A DNA stretch of 64,000 bases from a virus (Duplodnaviria; Caudoviricetes): the IMG/VR virus record IMGVR_UViG_3300027754_000035; one strand, given 5' to 3'. The translations under genes and the position numbers were made by a program. This document shows positions 19,687 to 28,943 of the stretch, one piece after another (within the stretch, counting starts at the first letter, position 1; each line of letters begins with the position of its first letter). The notes under the pieces were generated by a model. That model did not search any database. It was not told where the DNA came from and worked only from the letters and a program-made list of their open reading frames with translations.

Positions 19687-20821
19687 ACTAAACGAATCTG
19701 GTGATCCATTTAGAGATATTGTCAAGCAGTACGCTAAAATGTACCGTGACAGTGAACTTGCTCGTATTGACAAAGAACAATACTCAAAATGGCTACAAGT
19801 TCATGCCGATAAAATGAGCCCTGCGACCAGAGCATCTATTGAAAAAAAAGTACAATCGGCAATCAACGGTAAAAACGAAGCTTCGACAAGTAGTGGTGCT
19901 GGTCCAGTATCCACACCATTTGCATTTAGTCGCCGGGGACCTGGTAATGTAAAAGCAGCAACTCAGTTGGGTTTCAAGTTGGCAAAACCAGTTGCTCATT
20001 CCAAGGATTTATCGTTGGAGAATCAGATGTATAGCGAACCAGCATATATTACTCCAGCACAAAATATTGAACCAGTTGATACGTGGGCAGATGCTAATGG
20101 GTTGGTTCAACACGGAGATCCAGAGTTAGATCCCGGTCTTGCCGGCCATCGCCAAGGTGCGTTGCCAATGTCAGAAGCTGGGAAAAAGATTGATCAAGTA
20201 GCTAAAATGCTTGAGGGGTTGAGTGGTATTCGTTATCGCAGACGTTTTAATGAAGCAGATGCCGCCGCTCAAGCAACGGTGTCAGCACCAGCACCAGCAC
20301 CGACGGCACAACCAAAAACATCGGCGGCACCCAATGTACAAGTTCAAAGTTATAGTTTACAACCCGATTTTAGCGAGTTTGATACAAAGTTAAAGGATAG
20401 CACCGAGGCACTCAAAACCGGTCTTCAAAAGAAGATTCAAGATCAAATTTTGAACAAAAAAATTGTGGTTAGGGCAAGCAAGGGATATAAACAACCAGAG
20501 TCCGATTACACTCTCAATGTTACTGGTGTAAATATTGATTATTACTACGACCGTTATGTAATTATTATTGTTGGTCGTGAAGAGAGTAAGCAAAAAACAG
20601 CTAAATTCTTTATCAAGCCTGGATTCAAGCTTAAAATCTTGGGTTCTGCCGATGTAAAACCCAAAGACAGATATCAAATTGCCAAGTCTCAAGCATTGGT
20701 TGATCCCAACAAACAAGCTTCTGCAACACCTAGCAATACGGTGACCAGCAAGGAACCACCCGAGGTTTCTGCCGAGACAAAACCAGAAGATAAAGGTGGC
20801 ACACAACCGCCACCAGTATAA
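19676..20821 (+). CDS. Hypothetical head-cluster protein (possible processed internal protein)
   Basis: 381 aa, overlaps the upstream stop; several (L/N)xE segment junctions; Pro/Ala-rich linkers. Confidence 0.55.
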   Translation: MKTKLNESGDPFRDIVKQYAKMYRDSELARIDKEQYSKWLQVHADKMSPATRASIEKKVQSAINGKNEASTSSGAGPVSTPFAFSRRGPGNVKAATQLGFKLAKPVAHSKDLSLENQMYSEPAYITPAQNIEPVDTWADANGLVQHGDPELDPGLAGHRQGALPMSEAGKKIDQVAKMLEGLSGIRYRRRFNEADAAAQATVSAPAPAPTAQPKTSAAPNVQVQSYSLQPDFSEFDTKLKDSTEALKTGLQKKIQDQILNKKIVVRASKGYKQPESDYTLNVTGVNIDYYYDRYVIIIVGREESKQKTAKFFIKPGFKLKILGSADVKPKDRYQIAKSQALVDPNKQASATPSNTVTSKEPPEVSAETKPEDKGGTQPPPV

Positions 20822-20824
20822 ATT

Positions 20825-21436
20825 ATGAACACATTATTGATTGATGTATTACCGTTTGAGTTTAAGATTAAGAAGGCTTCGCTCACCGAAAGTTTGAGCG
20901 ATGGAAAGCTTCTTGTCACGGGCACATTACAACGTGCCGAAGCAAAGAATCAAAACGGTAGAATTTACCCAAAAGGAATTTTGGAACGTGAAGCAACAAA
21001 GTACATGGACAACTTTGTTAAACAACGACGTGCAATGGGTGAATTGGATCATCCAGAGAGCAGCGTCGTTAACCTCAAAAACGTTAGTCACAACATTGTT
21101 GATATGGGTTGGGACGGTGACGATCTTGTTGGTACTGTGGAAATTCTTCCTACTCCAAGTGGCAACATTCTCAAGGATCTGCTCAAGGCAGGTATTTTGT
21201 TGGGAATCAGTAGTCGTGGATTGGGTAGTGTCAAAAAAGACATGCGAGAAGGAGCCGATGTTGTACAAGACGACTTTGACTTGATTGCATTTGATTTTGT
21301 TAGTAATCCAAGTACTCAAGGAGCATTTATGTATCCTGCTGGTAAAATCACTGAAAGTGTAAATCAGTCCAGCACCATCATCAATCCTTACCAAAATATT
21401 GATAGAATTATTCGTGATATCATCTCCGAATTATAA
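20825..21436 (+). CDS. Prohead protease (T4 gp21-like)
   Basis: QRAEAKNQNGRIYP, GELDHP, GISSRGLGS, FDFVSNPST. Confidence 0.95.
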   Translation: MNTLLIDVLPFEFKIKKASLTESLSDGKLLVTGTLQRAEAKNQNGRIYPKGILEREATKYMDNFVKQRRAMGELDHPESSVVNLKNVSHNIVDMGWDGDDLVGTVEILPTPSGNILKDLLKAGILLGISSRGLGSVKKDMREGADVVQDDFDLIAFDFVSNPSTQGAFMYPAGKITESVNQSSTIINPYQNIDRIIRDIISEL

Positions 21437-21457
21437 TTTGAAACCTATTTATAGCAT

Positions 21458-21913
21458 ATGATCAAGCTAAAACACCTAGTAGAAAATTCAACCGAGACGG
21501 CATATGCTCCCTTGAGCAAGGAGGAAAAGATTAAGTTGCGTGAAACTATCAAGTCTTACAACGAATATCGTAAGAGCTTGAAGGCATCGGTTGTGTACGA
21601 GACCGCTAACAAGATTATGGAAGCTGTGAATCTTGCCGAGCGTTATGCCATCAAGGAATGTAATGAATGGATGGAAGCCAAGATGGTTGAGCGTGATATG
21701 AAGGATGTCAAGAAGATGGCTCAAAAGTTGTATGAAGAAGCACACAAAATCAAGAGTGTGGAGCAACAACTTGAAATGTTGTATGAAGAAATTGGTTTGA
21801 AATTGGAGCGTTATTTTGAAATTGCAGACCCTATTGAGGTTCAACAAGGTACTGCAACTCCTACTTCACAACCTGCTGCGCCAGCACCAATGAAGAGTGT
21901 GGAAAGTAAGTAA
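21458..21913 (+). CDS. Hypothetical helical protein with MIKLKHLVE N-terminal tag
   Basis: 151 aa; TATTTATA at 21446. Confidence 0.6.
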   Translation: MIKLKHLVENSTETAYAPLSKEEKIKLRETIKSYNEYRKSLKASVVYETANKIMEAVNLAERYAIKECNEWMEAKMVERDMKDVKKMAQKLYEEAHKIKSVEQQLEMLYEEIGLKLERYFEIADPIEVQQGTATPTSQPAAPAPMKSVESK

Positions 21914-22309
21914 TTACTTCAACCCTTTTAACTTGGGATCTGATGGTACCGATTCAATAAAGGACAGCAGCTTTTCAAAACTCTCGAAGACGTAACGACG
22001 GTGTGTCTCAAGGACATAACCGTCTTCGTCTTTGTATATCTTAACTGGTACCAATTGGTCCAACATTTCGAGCGTAGGAACTTCGATCTCACTCACCATA
22101 TCAGTGTCGTTGTCGATCTTGAATCCCATGTCACCCAACGTGTCAATTTCATGAAAGTTCCAACCACTTGGATGATCAATATCAATCAGCTTGAATTTAT
22201 CTGATTCTACTGGCGCATCACCGTAAGCACGGTTGAGGAAATTTCCCAATTTGATTTGGGAGTAATGATTGTGATAATTTTTAGAGTCCATATGAATTGA
22301 TTCGGTCAA
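21914..22309 (-). CDS. Hypothetical protein
   Basis: 131-aa acidic ORF overlapping the upstream minus-strand gene by 29 nt. Confidence 0.55.
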   Translation of the reverse strand: MTESIHMDSKNYHNHYSQIKLGNFLNRAYGDAPVESDKFKLIDIDHPSGWNFHEIDTLGDMGFKIDNDTDMVSEIEVPTLEMLDQLVPVKIYKDEDGYVLETHRRYVFESFEKLLSFIESVPSDPKLKGLK

Positions 22310-22874
22310 TAAAGTCGGCTAGTATCTTGCCCTTTTGCGCATCTGGTTGGTTAAAGATGGTACTTAAAGTGTAAACGATCTTGGGTTTGTCACTGTTCTG
22401 ACTTGCCCCACGAATTTCTACAAAGCAAGCATAATTGTACATCCCGCTGTTTTGATTATTTTTCAACTTCTTGAAGACATAACTTTTGGTGGTTTCATTA
22501 CTGAATACTTCTGCACTCAACTCGTTGCTGCTTTTCTTGTGAACAAAGTTGACTTTACCAAATCCACCAAATCCATTTTGTTTGTTTTGAAAAGTAAGCA
22601 ATTCTTGTTTATCAAATGGCACGCCTATATTTTCGTTCAGTAATTGATCAAAACTTTTACCTTCTACTTCTCGCATTTTGCTAACACTGTACTCTGCTTC
22701 TTTGAGTCTATTCACAATTTCTTTTACTTTTGTGAAGTCTCTCGCAGCTTTGGTACTAATGTCGTGTGCCGTTTTTCTCAGATTGGCTGAGACTTTTTTG
22801 GGCGACACATCACCTTTTTGGACTGCTCTTACGAGTCTAAAGTATCGTGCTTGTTTTTCCGATTTTGCTGGCAT
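22281..22874 (-). CDS. Hypothetical protein (MPAKSEKQ N-terminus)
   Basis: 197 aa; TATTTATA on its coding strand at 22887-22880, 5 nt before ATG. Confidence 0.65.
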   Translation of the reverse strand: MPAKSEKQARYFRLVRAVQKGDVSPKKVSANLRKTAHDISTKAARDFTKVKEIVNRLKEAEYSVSKMREVEGKSFDQLLNENIGVPFDKQELLTFQNKQNGFGGFGKVNFVHKKSSNELSAEVFSNETTKSYVFKKLKNNQNSGMYNYACFVEIRGASQNSDKPKIVYTLSTIFNQPDAQKGKILADFIDRINSYGL

Positions 22875-22879
22875 ACATC

Positions 22880-22887
22880 TATAAATA
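22880..22887 (-). promoter_or_regulatory. Late-promoter-like TATTTATA box (minus strand)
   Basis: 5 nt before ATG 22874; orientation follows the gene. Confidence 0.65.
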
Positions 22888-23022
22888 GCAAAAAATTTAT
22901 GATTTTCTCTTTTTTAGTTATATTTATTATGAAATGCGTCAATGTCTTTGATGCCACACTAACATAATCTTCTTTGGAGTTCTCCAATAACTTCACCATT
23001 AAATTAGGAAAGGTATAAATAT

Positions 23023-24135
23023 ATGAGCGATCTATTGAAAGAAAGCATCGCAGACGCAAAGGCTGTTCGTGAAACAGCAATTGCCAATGCAAAAACCTTC
23101 CTTGAGGAAAACTTCGCAAAAAGCATGAAAGAGATGTTTGCGGAAAAGCTCAAGGAAGAATCAGAAGAAACCGCAGCAGCAGAAACTGAGGAAGGCAAGA
23201 TCGAAGAGAAGCTTGCAACCTCAAAGATTGGTGGCGAAAAGGGTAATGAAGCTTCAAAGCAACATCCTGTCAAGCCATCCACTTCTGCAAACAAAAACAC
23301 CGAACCATCTGGTAAGCAAGAATTTGATGCCACCATGGAAGAGGGAACCGAGATCACCAGTGAAGAATTGGATGAGATCCTCGCAGAGCTTGAAACCGAA
23401 GGCGCAGCCCAAGGTCAACAAGTTGTTGCTGAGGAAGAAGGTTGTGAAACCGACTCAACAGCACATCATGGTGGTTCTGACGATTCGGATGATTTGAATC
23501 TCGACGAATTGCTCGCAGAGTTGGACGAGGAAGGTCAAGCAGCACCAGTTGCTCCTGCCGCACTTGATCCAGCAATCGCAGCACAACCTCCAGTTGCTCC
23601 AGTTGCTCCAGTAGCACCTGTTGCTCCAGTAGCAGGTCAGATTCCATCACCATCAGAGGGTGAAGATTGTGATGACTGCGACACCGACATCAGTTCCGAA
23701 GAGATGGCGGAAGCACTTGTTGCCTTGAGTGAAGAAAATGAAGCATTGAAGGTACAAGTTGAAGAAGCAATGAACACCGTTAAGTACATGAAAGATGTGC
23801 TTGCGGAAACCAATTTGTTGAATGCTAAGTTGCTTTACACCAACAAGCTATTCAAGGGTAAGAATTTGACCGAAGCGCAAAAGCACAAGGTCATTAGCAC
23901 ATTTGACCTCACCAGAACACTGCGTGAGATCAAGTTGGCTTATACAGTTTTGGCCGAATCATTTAATGCCGGTGGATCAGTTGCCAAGAAAAAGACCAAT
24001 GCAACTGTCTCAACTATCACCGAAGGTTTGGCAAGCAAACCAGTATCATCAACAAAGCCTGCATCTACCATTGTAGAACCGCTGGCTGATCAGATGGCTT
24101 CAAGATTCCAACTGCTCGCAGGAATCACGAAGTAA
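23023..24135 (+). CDS. Prohead core/scaffold protein (T4 gp22-like)
   Basis: Acidic coiled coil, PVA repeats, ETNLLNAKLLY; directly upstream of MCP; SD-like AGGAAAGG. Confidence 0.8.
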   Translation: MSDLLKESIADAKAVRETAIANAKTFLEENFAKSMKEMFAEKLKEESEETAAAETEEGKIEEKLATSKIGGEKGNEASKQHPVKPSTSANKNTEPSGKQEFDATMEEGTEITSEELDEILAELETEGAAQGQQVVAEEEGCETDSTAHHGGSDDSDDLNLDELLAELDEEGQAAPVAPAALDPAIAAQPPVAPVAPVAPVAPVAGQIPSPSEGEDCDDCDTDISSEEMAEALVALSEENEALKVQVEEAMNTVKYMKDVLAETNLLNAKLLYTNKLFKGKNLTEAQKHKVISTFDLTRTLREIKLAYTVLAESFNAGGSVAKKKTNATVSTITEGLASKPVSSTKPASTIVEPLADQMASRFQLLAGITK

Positions 24136-24183
24136 AATTAGTTTGCGAGTAAGTAAACAAACCAAAAGATAGGAAACAATTAT

Positions 24184-25929
24184 ATGGATATTAAAGGTCT
24201 ATTGACTAACAATATGAATCCACAGGCTAAGCTGATGGCTGAAACCCGTGGTCTACAAGGCAAGTGGGAAAAGACAGGTCTGCTCGAAGGCACCAAGGGT
24301 GTTGAGAAGGCACACATGTCCATCCTCTTGGAAAATCAAGCAAAGCAATTGCTCGACGAAGCAACCACGACTGGTACTAGTACCAGTTCTGAACAATGGG
24401 CTGGCGTAGCTCTTCCATTGGTTCGCCGTGTGTTTGCGGAGATCGCTGCTAAGGAGTTCGTCAGTGTTCAACCAATGAACCTCCCAAGCGGTCTGATCTT
24501 CTATCTCGACTTCAAGTATGGTTCTGGTAACCACTTGGGTCACACCGCTGGCGAAAGCCTTTTTGGTGGTAACAATAAGAAGCTAGGTTCAACCGACGCA
24601 GCAGTGAATGGTTTGTACGGTCAAGGTCGCTATGCGTACTCTGAGCGTACCGTAACTAGCTCTGCATTCAGTGCTGGTTATGCAACCGTTACAACCGCAA
24701 GTTGGAACGATTTGCAATTCGATTCAGCGTTTAGCTCATCAGTCAATGGTGCCGGGAAAGTTGTTGGTACCTACAAGATCACATTCAACATCGACGACAA
24801 CACTCAATCAAACACCGCCGCCGCCACTGGTTACGCATGGAATGTTGATTTGAATGCTGTTCGTTCATTCCAGGCTTCATTGGCCAATACCGGATTGACC
24901 ATGTTGAATACATATGCAACCGCAACCAACACTGGTAGCATTGCAAATCCATACTACCAAATCAACTTGTTCACCACGCAGGCCGCTGGAGTCTTAGTGG
25001 CGTCACCAAGTACATTGCGCTTGAATTACACGCTTCAACCTACGGATAATCTTCGTGGTGACTTTGAAGCTGGTAAGACAGCCGGTGAAGGTTCTGGCAA
25101 CAGTTCCGCAACCGCAACACAATCAATTGATACCGACATTGGTATTCCTGAAGTCAACCTTGAGTTGAAGAGCGAACCAATCGTTGCTAAGACTCGTAAG
25201 TTGAAGGCAGTCTGGACACCAGAATTGGCACAAGACTTGAATGCATACCACTCAATCGATGCAGAAGCAGAATTGACTGCGTTGTTGAGCGAGTATGTGT
25301 CAATGGAAATCGACTTGGAAATCCTCGACATGTTAAACGAGTCTGTGACCGGTACAACAACCGAGGCATGGAGTGCTCAAATCGGTACCGAGTTCACCAA
25401 GAGTCTGAACAATCAAACTGATGTTGCTACGTTCACCCGTGTGACGAACGCATCAGCAAACCGTACCGCATACGTCAAGTCAACCTGGTTCCAAACCCTT
25501 GGTAACAAGATCCAAAAGGTCAGTAACAAGATTCACCAGTTGACATTGCGTGGTGGTGCTAACTTCTTGGTGTGCTCACCAGATGTTGCAACTATTCTGG
25601 AGTCAATCCCAGGGTACGTTGTCAGCACTGATGGTGACCAAGCTAAGTTCGCAATGGGTGTGAGTCGTGTTGGTAGCTTCGCAAGTCGCTTCCAAGTCTA
25701 CAAGAACCCATACATGACCGATAACGTCATTCTGCTTGGTTTCCGTGGAAGCAACTTCCTCGAAACCGGTGCTGTGTACGCTCCATACATCCCACTCATC
25801 CAGACCCCATTGGTCTATGATCCAGTGAACTTCACCCCACGTCGTGGTGTGATGACCCGCTACGCTAAGAAGGTAGTCCGTCCGGAGTTCTACGGTAAAG
25901 TCTTGATCGCCGATCTCGACACCGTATAA
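24184..25929 (+). CDS. Major capsid protein (T4 gp23-like)
   Basis: LVRRVF, VSVQPMNLPSGLIFYL, KTRKLKAVWTPELAQDL, EIDLEI, AVYAPYIPL, FTPRRGVMTRYA. Confidence 0.97.
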   Translation: MDIKGLLTNNMNPQAKLMAETRGLQGKWEKTGLLEGTKGVEKAHMSILLENQAKQLLDEATTTGTSTSSEQWAGVALPLVRRVFAEIAAKEFVSVQPMNLPSGLIFYLDFKYGSGNHLGHTAGESLFGGNNKKLGSTDAAVNGLYGQGRYAYSERTVTSSAFSAGYATVTTASWNDLQFDSAFSSSVNGAGKVVGTYKITFNIDDNTQSNTAAATGYAWNVDLNAVRSFQASLANTGLTMLNTYATATNTGSIANPYYQINLFTTQAAGVLVASPSTLRLNYTLQPTDNLRGDFEAGKTAGEGSGNSSATATQSIDTDIGIPEVNLELKSEPIVAKTRKLKAVWTPELAQDLNAYHSIDAEAELTALLSEYVSMEIDLEILDMLNESVTGTTTEAWSAQIGTEFTKSLNNQTDVATFTRVTNASANRTAYVKSTWFQTLGNKIQKVSNKIHQLTLRGGANFLVCSPDVATILESIPGYVVSTDGDQAKFAMGVSRVGSFASRFQVYKNPYMTDNVILLGFRGSNFLETGAVYAPYIPLIQTPLVYDPVNFTPRRGVMTRYAKKVVRPEFYGKVLIADLDTV

Positions 25930-25954
25930 TTTGGATTAGTCTAAATTAGACAAC

Positions 25955-25987
25955 AAACCCACCAGTCGAAAGGCTGGTGGGTTTTTT
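25955..25987. terminator. Bidirectional terminator between convergent MCP and mom-like genes
   Basis: AAACCCACCAGTC-gaaa-GGCTGGTGGGTTTTTT. Confidence 0.9.
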
Positions 25988-25990
25988 ATT

Positions 25991-26767
25991 TTAGAAGAAC
26001 GACGTTGAAGTTTCAACATTGTGTTCTGTAACAACTTCCTTGAATATGGTTCCTTTGATGTATGGCAACACTTTGTGTTTCAATGATTTCACAAGCTTTT
26101 TATTTTCAATCTTGCCACAAATGAACTTAACGTAACGATGTTTACCACTTTCACGTTTGCGCCAAAAGGTTTTGCCTATACGTTCTTTTAGTTTATCGAC
26201 GTTGTGTGTTTTCCATCGGCTATACACACTGCGACTGTGAATCCAGTTATAGTTTGGTGGGCCTTCAAGACTAACGCTGTAATTGGGCATCAATGCTATA
26301 TCAACGTAATTGTCACCTTGATACATAAACCCAGTGGCTTGGTAAATTGTACCACGATGTCCTTCTTCGCTATCGGCATACGTCAGAATACATTTGACTT
26401 TTGGATAATCCTTGTTGAGCAGCCGAAAGCTTTCGGCCAATGCATAACTTTCTATGTTTTTACCATACCCGTCAGCAATCCAAAGTCTGGTCAATTCAAA
26501 CACATGGTCATTGGTCAATAATTCACTGATGCTTTTACTTGCACAGCGACCCACTGCGTTACCATATACCAATACACCTATGAGTTTGTTGTTGAATCCA
26601 CCAAAGAATGTGCTTTCTATATAGTCTTTATAATATACACCATACGCCACTGTGCAACTTGTCCACTTGTGGCTATAATGATTTTTTTCAATCATTGTAC
26701 GTGCGACCGATTTGTTTATCGGTTGTAGATGTATCAACGAAGTATCACAATATTGTGCATCACTCAT
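25991..26767 (-). CDS. Mom-like DNA base-modifying GNAT enzyme
   Basis: IEKNHYSH, GVLVYG, FELTRLW, KNIESY, ILTYADSEEGHRGTIYQATGF match the motif pattern of the phage Mu Mom family. Confidence 0.8.
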   Translation of the reverse strand: MSDAQYCDTSLIHLQPINKSVARTMIEKNHYSHKWTSCTVAYGVYYKDYIESTFFGGFNNKLIGVLVYGNAVGRCASKSISELLTNDHVFELTRLWIADGYGKNIESYALAESFRLLNKDYPKVKCILTYADSEEGHRGTIYQATGFMYQGDNYVDIALMPNYSVSLEGPPNYNWIHSRSVYSRWKTHNVDKLKERIGKTFWRKRESGKHRYVKFICGKIENKKLVKSLKHKVLPYIKGTIFKEVVTEHNVETSTSFF

Positions 26768-26773
26768 ACCATT

Positions 26774-26801
26774 ATTGTATGGTGGTATTTAACAAAGTCA
26801 A
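26774..26801 (-). promoter_or_regulatory. sigma70-like promoter for the mom-like gene
   Basis: TTGACT-16 nt-TACAAT on the minus strand, 6 nt before ATG. Confidence 0.65.
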
Positions 26802-26805
26802 TTAT

Positions 26806-27756
26806 TTATTTCTTCCAACGCAACATCTTTTTGAGTTCTTTAATCAAATCCTTATCAGATTGATCTAGTTCTTTATCAAAATGTTGCAACAAATCATCGA
26901 TGGTAATTGATTTATCATCCTTGGCCATAGTCTGAATTTCTTCGATGTTGTCGATGAGTTTTGACAGTGTGGTTTTGTATTTTTCCAATTCTACAGACGG
27001 TGAAAACCCACTAAAGTTAAGTGATTTTGGAGCAACGCCTTTAATTATATTTACGACGATGGCACCAACAATATTGAATACCGAGAACACCGCAGCGGCG
27101 ATTGGGTTGGTAGCAGCAAGCAAGCGTAGTACCAAAAAGATTACTCCAAATATTAAAATACCAACAATACAGCTTGTTACAAATCGTTTGATACCATAAA
27201 ATACAGCACCCAACCCAAAATATTTGTTAACGTTATCGATGATCACTTTATTATCATCTGCGGATTCTGCTTGCTTTTTTGCGGTAGTGGCGAGTTCACC
27301 AATCTTCTTGTTTAGATTGACATCCAAATCATCACTCTTTTTTTGCACAGATAAAATTTCAGCATCTTTTTGTTGCAGCAGTTTAGTACCACGTTCACGT
27401 TCTTTTGCTATTTCACTGTTCAACAGATCCACCATTGATTTAATTTTTGCCAATTCATCTACCTTTGGCGAGCCAGCAATACTGATTACTCGTTGATTGA
27501 TTTCTTTGGCTGTGGTTACTTCGTGTGTAACGTTAGTTGCTGGGACTTTGCTCAAACTATAGTCTACACCCTGTGCCATTGTGGCAATTTCCGACATTTT
27601 TTTGTCAGAATTGTCCGCTATCTTATTTTTAGCGACCACAACAGCATCGGCTTTGCCTTGCATTGCCTTTTGATTGTCATTTTTATTGTCTGGAATTATG
27701 GTGCCACATCCGGCCAACATAACCATACAAATTAGGGTCGTAAACATCTTTTTCAT
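26806..27756 (-). CDS. Lipoprotein with coiled coil and C-proximal transmembrane hairpin (u-spanin-like)
   Basis: Lipobox MLAG-C at residue 17, ~165-aa coiled coil, hydrophobic segments TSCIVGILIFGVIFLVL and IAAAVFSVFNIVGAIVV. Confidence 0.55.
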   Translation of the reverse strand: MKKMFTTLICMVMLAGCGTIIPDNKNDNQKAMQGKADAVVVAKNKIADNSDKKMSEIATMAQGVDYSLSKVPATNVTHEVTTAKEINQRVISIAGSPKVDELAKIKSMVDLLNSEIAKERERGTKLLQQKDAEILSVQKKSDDLDVNLNKKIGELATTAKKQAESADDNKVIIDNVNKYFGLGAVFYGIKRFVTSCIVGILIFGVIFLVLRLLAATNPIAAAVFSVFNIVGAIVVNIIKGVAPKSLNFSGFSPSVELEKYKTTLSKLIDNIEEIQTMAKDDKSITIDDLLQHFDKELDQSDKDLIKELKKMLRWKK

Positions 27757-27763
27757 ATCACAA

Positions 27764-27800
27764 TATAAATATCACCTTTTTATACGCAAAAACTATTTAT
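27764..27800. promoter_or_regulatory. Divergent pair of TATTTAT(A) boxes
   Basis: Minus-strand box 27771-27764 (lipoprotein) and plus-strand box 27794-27800 (operon leading into the RNA-repair island). Confidence 0.65.
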
Positions 27801-27805
27801 GTAGT

Positions 27806-28408
27806 ATGATTAAATTCAATGACCTTATTGAGAACGACACGCTGTGCCCAATGAAGTTGGTACAAGATCCAATTGTCAGTTCTAATTTGAAATATCACAT
27901 CACAAACGGTATACCTTTATGTGAAAACATCTTTAGAACTTACAGTGAGTCTTACTTTGAGTTGCTAGAAGAAGTTCGCATACTATATATTAGCAACGGA
28001 ATCGAGTTATGTGACGTGGATGCCGAACTAGTGGAGAGTGACCTTGGTAAAAAGGAATTGTTTGAAGGGCGAGAAGTTTATTTGGATGCTCCAATTGAGG
28101 TAGAAGAAGATTTGATCATGGAATTGAAGCATAGAGGTCGCACTGTGCATTTGAATCGCCCATTTCGTACTCCTGGGCAATCTAAAAAATATGCAGTGTA
28201 TGTGAAATCAAAAACTGGCAAAGTGAAAAAGGTTACTTTCGGAGACCCAAATCTGAAAGTTAAAGGTAGTAGTGCAGCACGTCGCAAGAGTTTTGCTGCT
28301 CGGCACAAATGTAGTCAAAAGAAGGATCGCACAACCGCTGGTTATTGGAGTTGTAGAAGTCACAGAATCAAGAGCCTTGGAAACAAAGGCAAGGGACGTT
28401 ACTGGTAA
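27806..28408 (+). CDS. Conserved hypothetical protein with basic C-terminal domain
   Basis: MIKFNDLIEN start 5 nt after TATTTAT; KKYAVYV..KVTFGDP..RRKSFAARHKC..GYWSCR. Confidence 0.65.
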   Translation: MIKFNDLIENDTLCPMKLVQDPIVSSNLKYHITNGIPLCENIFRTYSESYFELLEEVRILYISNGIELCDVDAELVESDLGKKELFEGREVYLDAPIEVEEDLIMELKHRGRTVHLNRPFRTPGQSKKYAVYVKSKTGKVKKVTFGDPNLKVKGSSAARRKSFAARHKCSQKKDRTTAGYWSCRSHRIKSLGNKGKGRYW

Positions 28409-28427
28409 AATCAAATTATTTGACAAT

Positions 28428-28943
28428 ATGTTAATAAACGAAAATAGACATGTAGAAAAAGGGTGCTTAATGGCGTATGTTGATCCTACTTATGGACCCC
28501 GCATTGCGGCAACAGGCCAGCGCATTATTCCACCACAAAGCGTATATACCGATCCAGATGATCCCACATATGGATATGATACTGAGCCACATGTTACTTT
28601 GAAATATGGCTTTGAACCAGACTTGACAAGATCGGCTGTTGCTAGTATACTTAGTGATGTAAAGCCATTTATTTGTAGAATCAGAGCACTAAACCAGTTT
28701 CTGAATGAAAAGTATGATGTAGTTAAATTCGAAATAGAAAAACATCCTATATTGACAAAACTACGCAGTCGGTGCGACATGTATCCAAACACTGATAGTT
28801 ACCCAGACTACAATCCCCACATGACACTTGCGTATGTCAAAAAGGGAACATTTCCACATATTCGTGAAGGATTGAATATTGCCGTACCAATTACACGATT
28901 CAAATACAGCGGTCCTAATGGCAAATATTTTATTAACTTATGA
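28428..28943 (+). CDS. 2H phosphoesterase (Acb1/T4 gp57B-like or LigT-like)
   Basis: Two HxT motifs: EPHVTLKYG and DYNPHMTLAY. Confidence 0.8.
   Translation: MLINENRHVEKGCLMAYVDPTYGPRIAATGQRIIPPQSVYTDPDDPTYGYDTEPHVTLKYGFEPDLTRSAVASILSDVKPFICRIRALNQFLNEKYDVVKFEIEKHPILTKLRSRCDMYPNTDSYPDYNPHMTLAYVKKGTFPHIREGLNIAVPITRFKYSGPNGKYFINL

Noticed and set aside
23588-23635. PVA tandem repeats in the scaffold
   Set aside because: Low-complexity linker typical of scaffold proteins; not a DNA element.
28272-28427. Long N-terminal extension of the 2H ORF as given by the track
   Set aside because: Overlaps the conserved C-terminus of the 27806 gene; ATG 28428 is the more plausible start.
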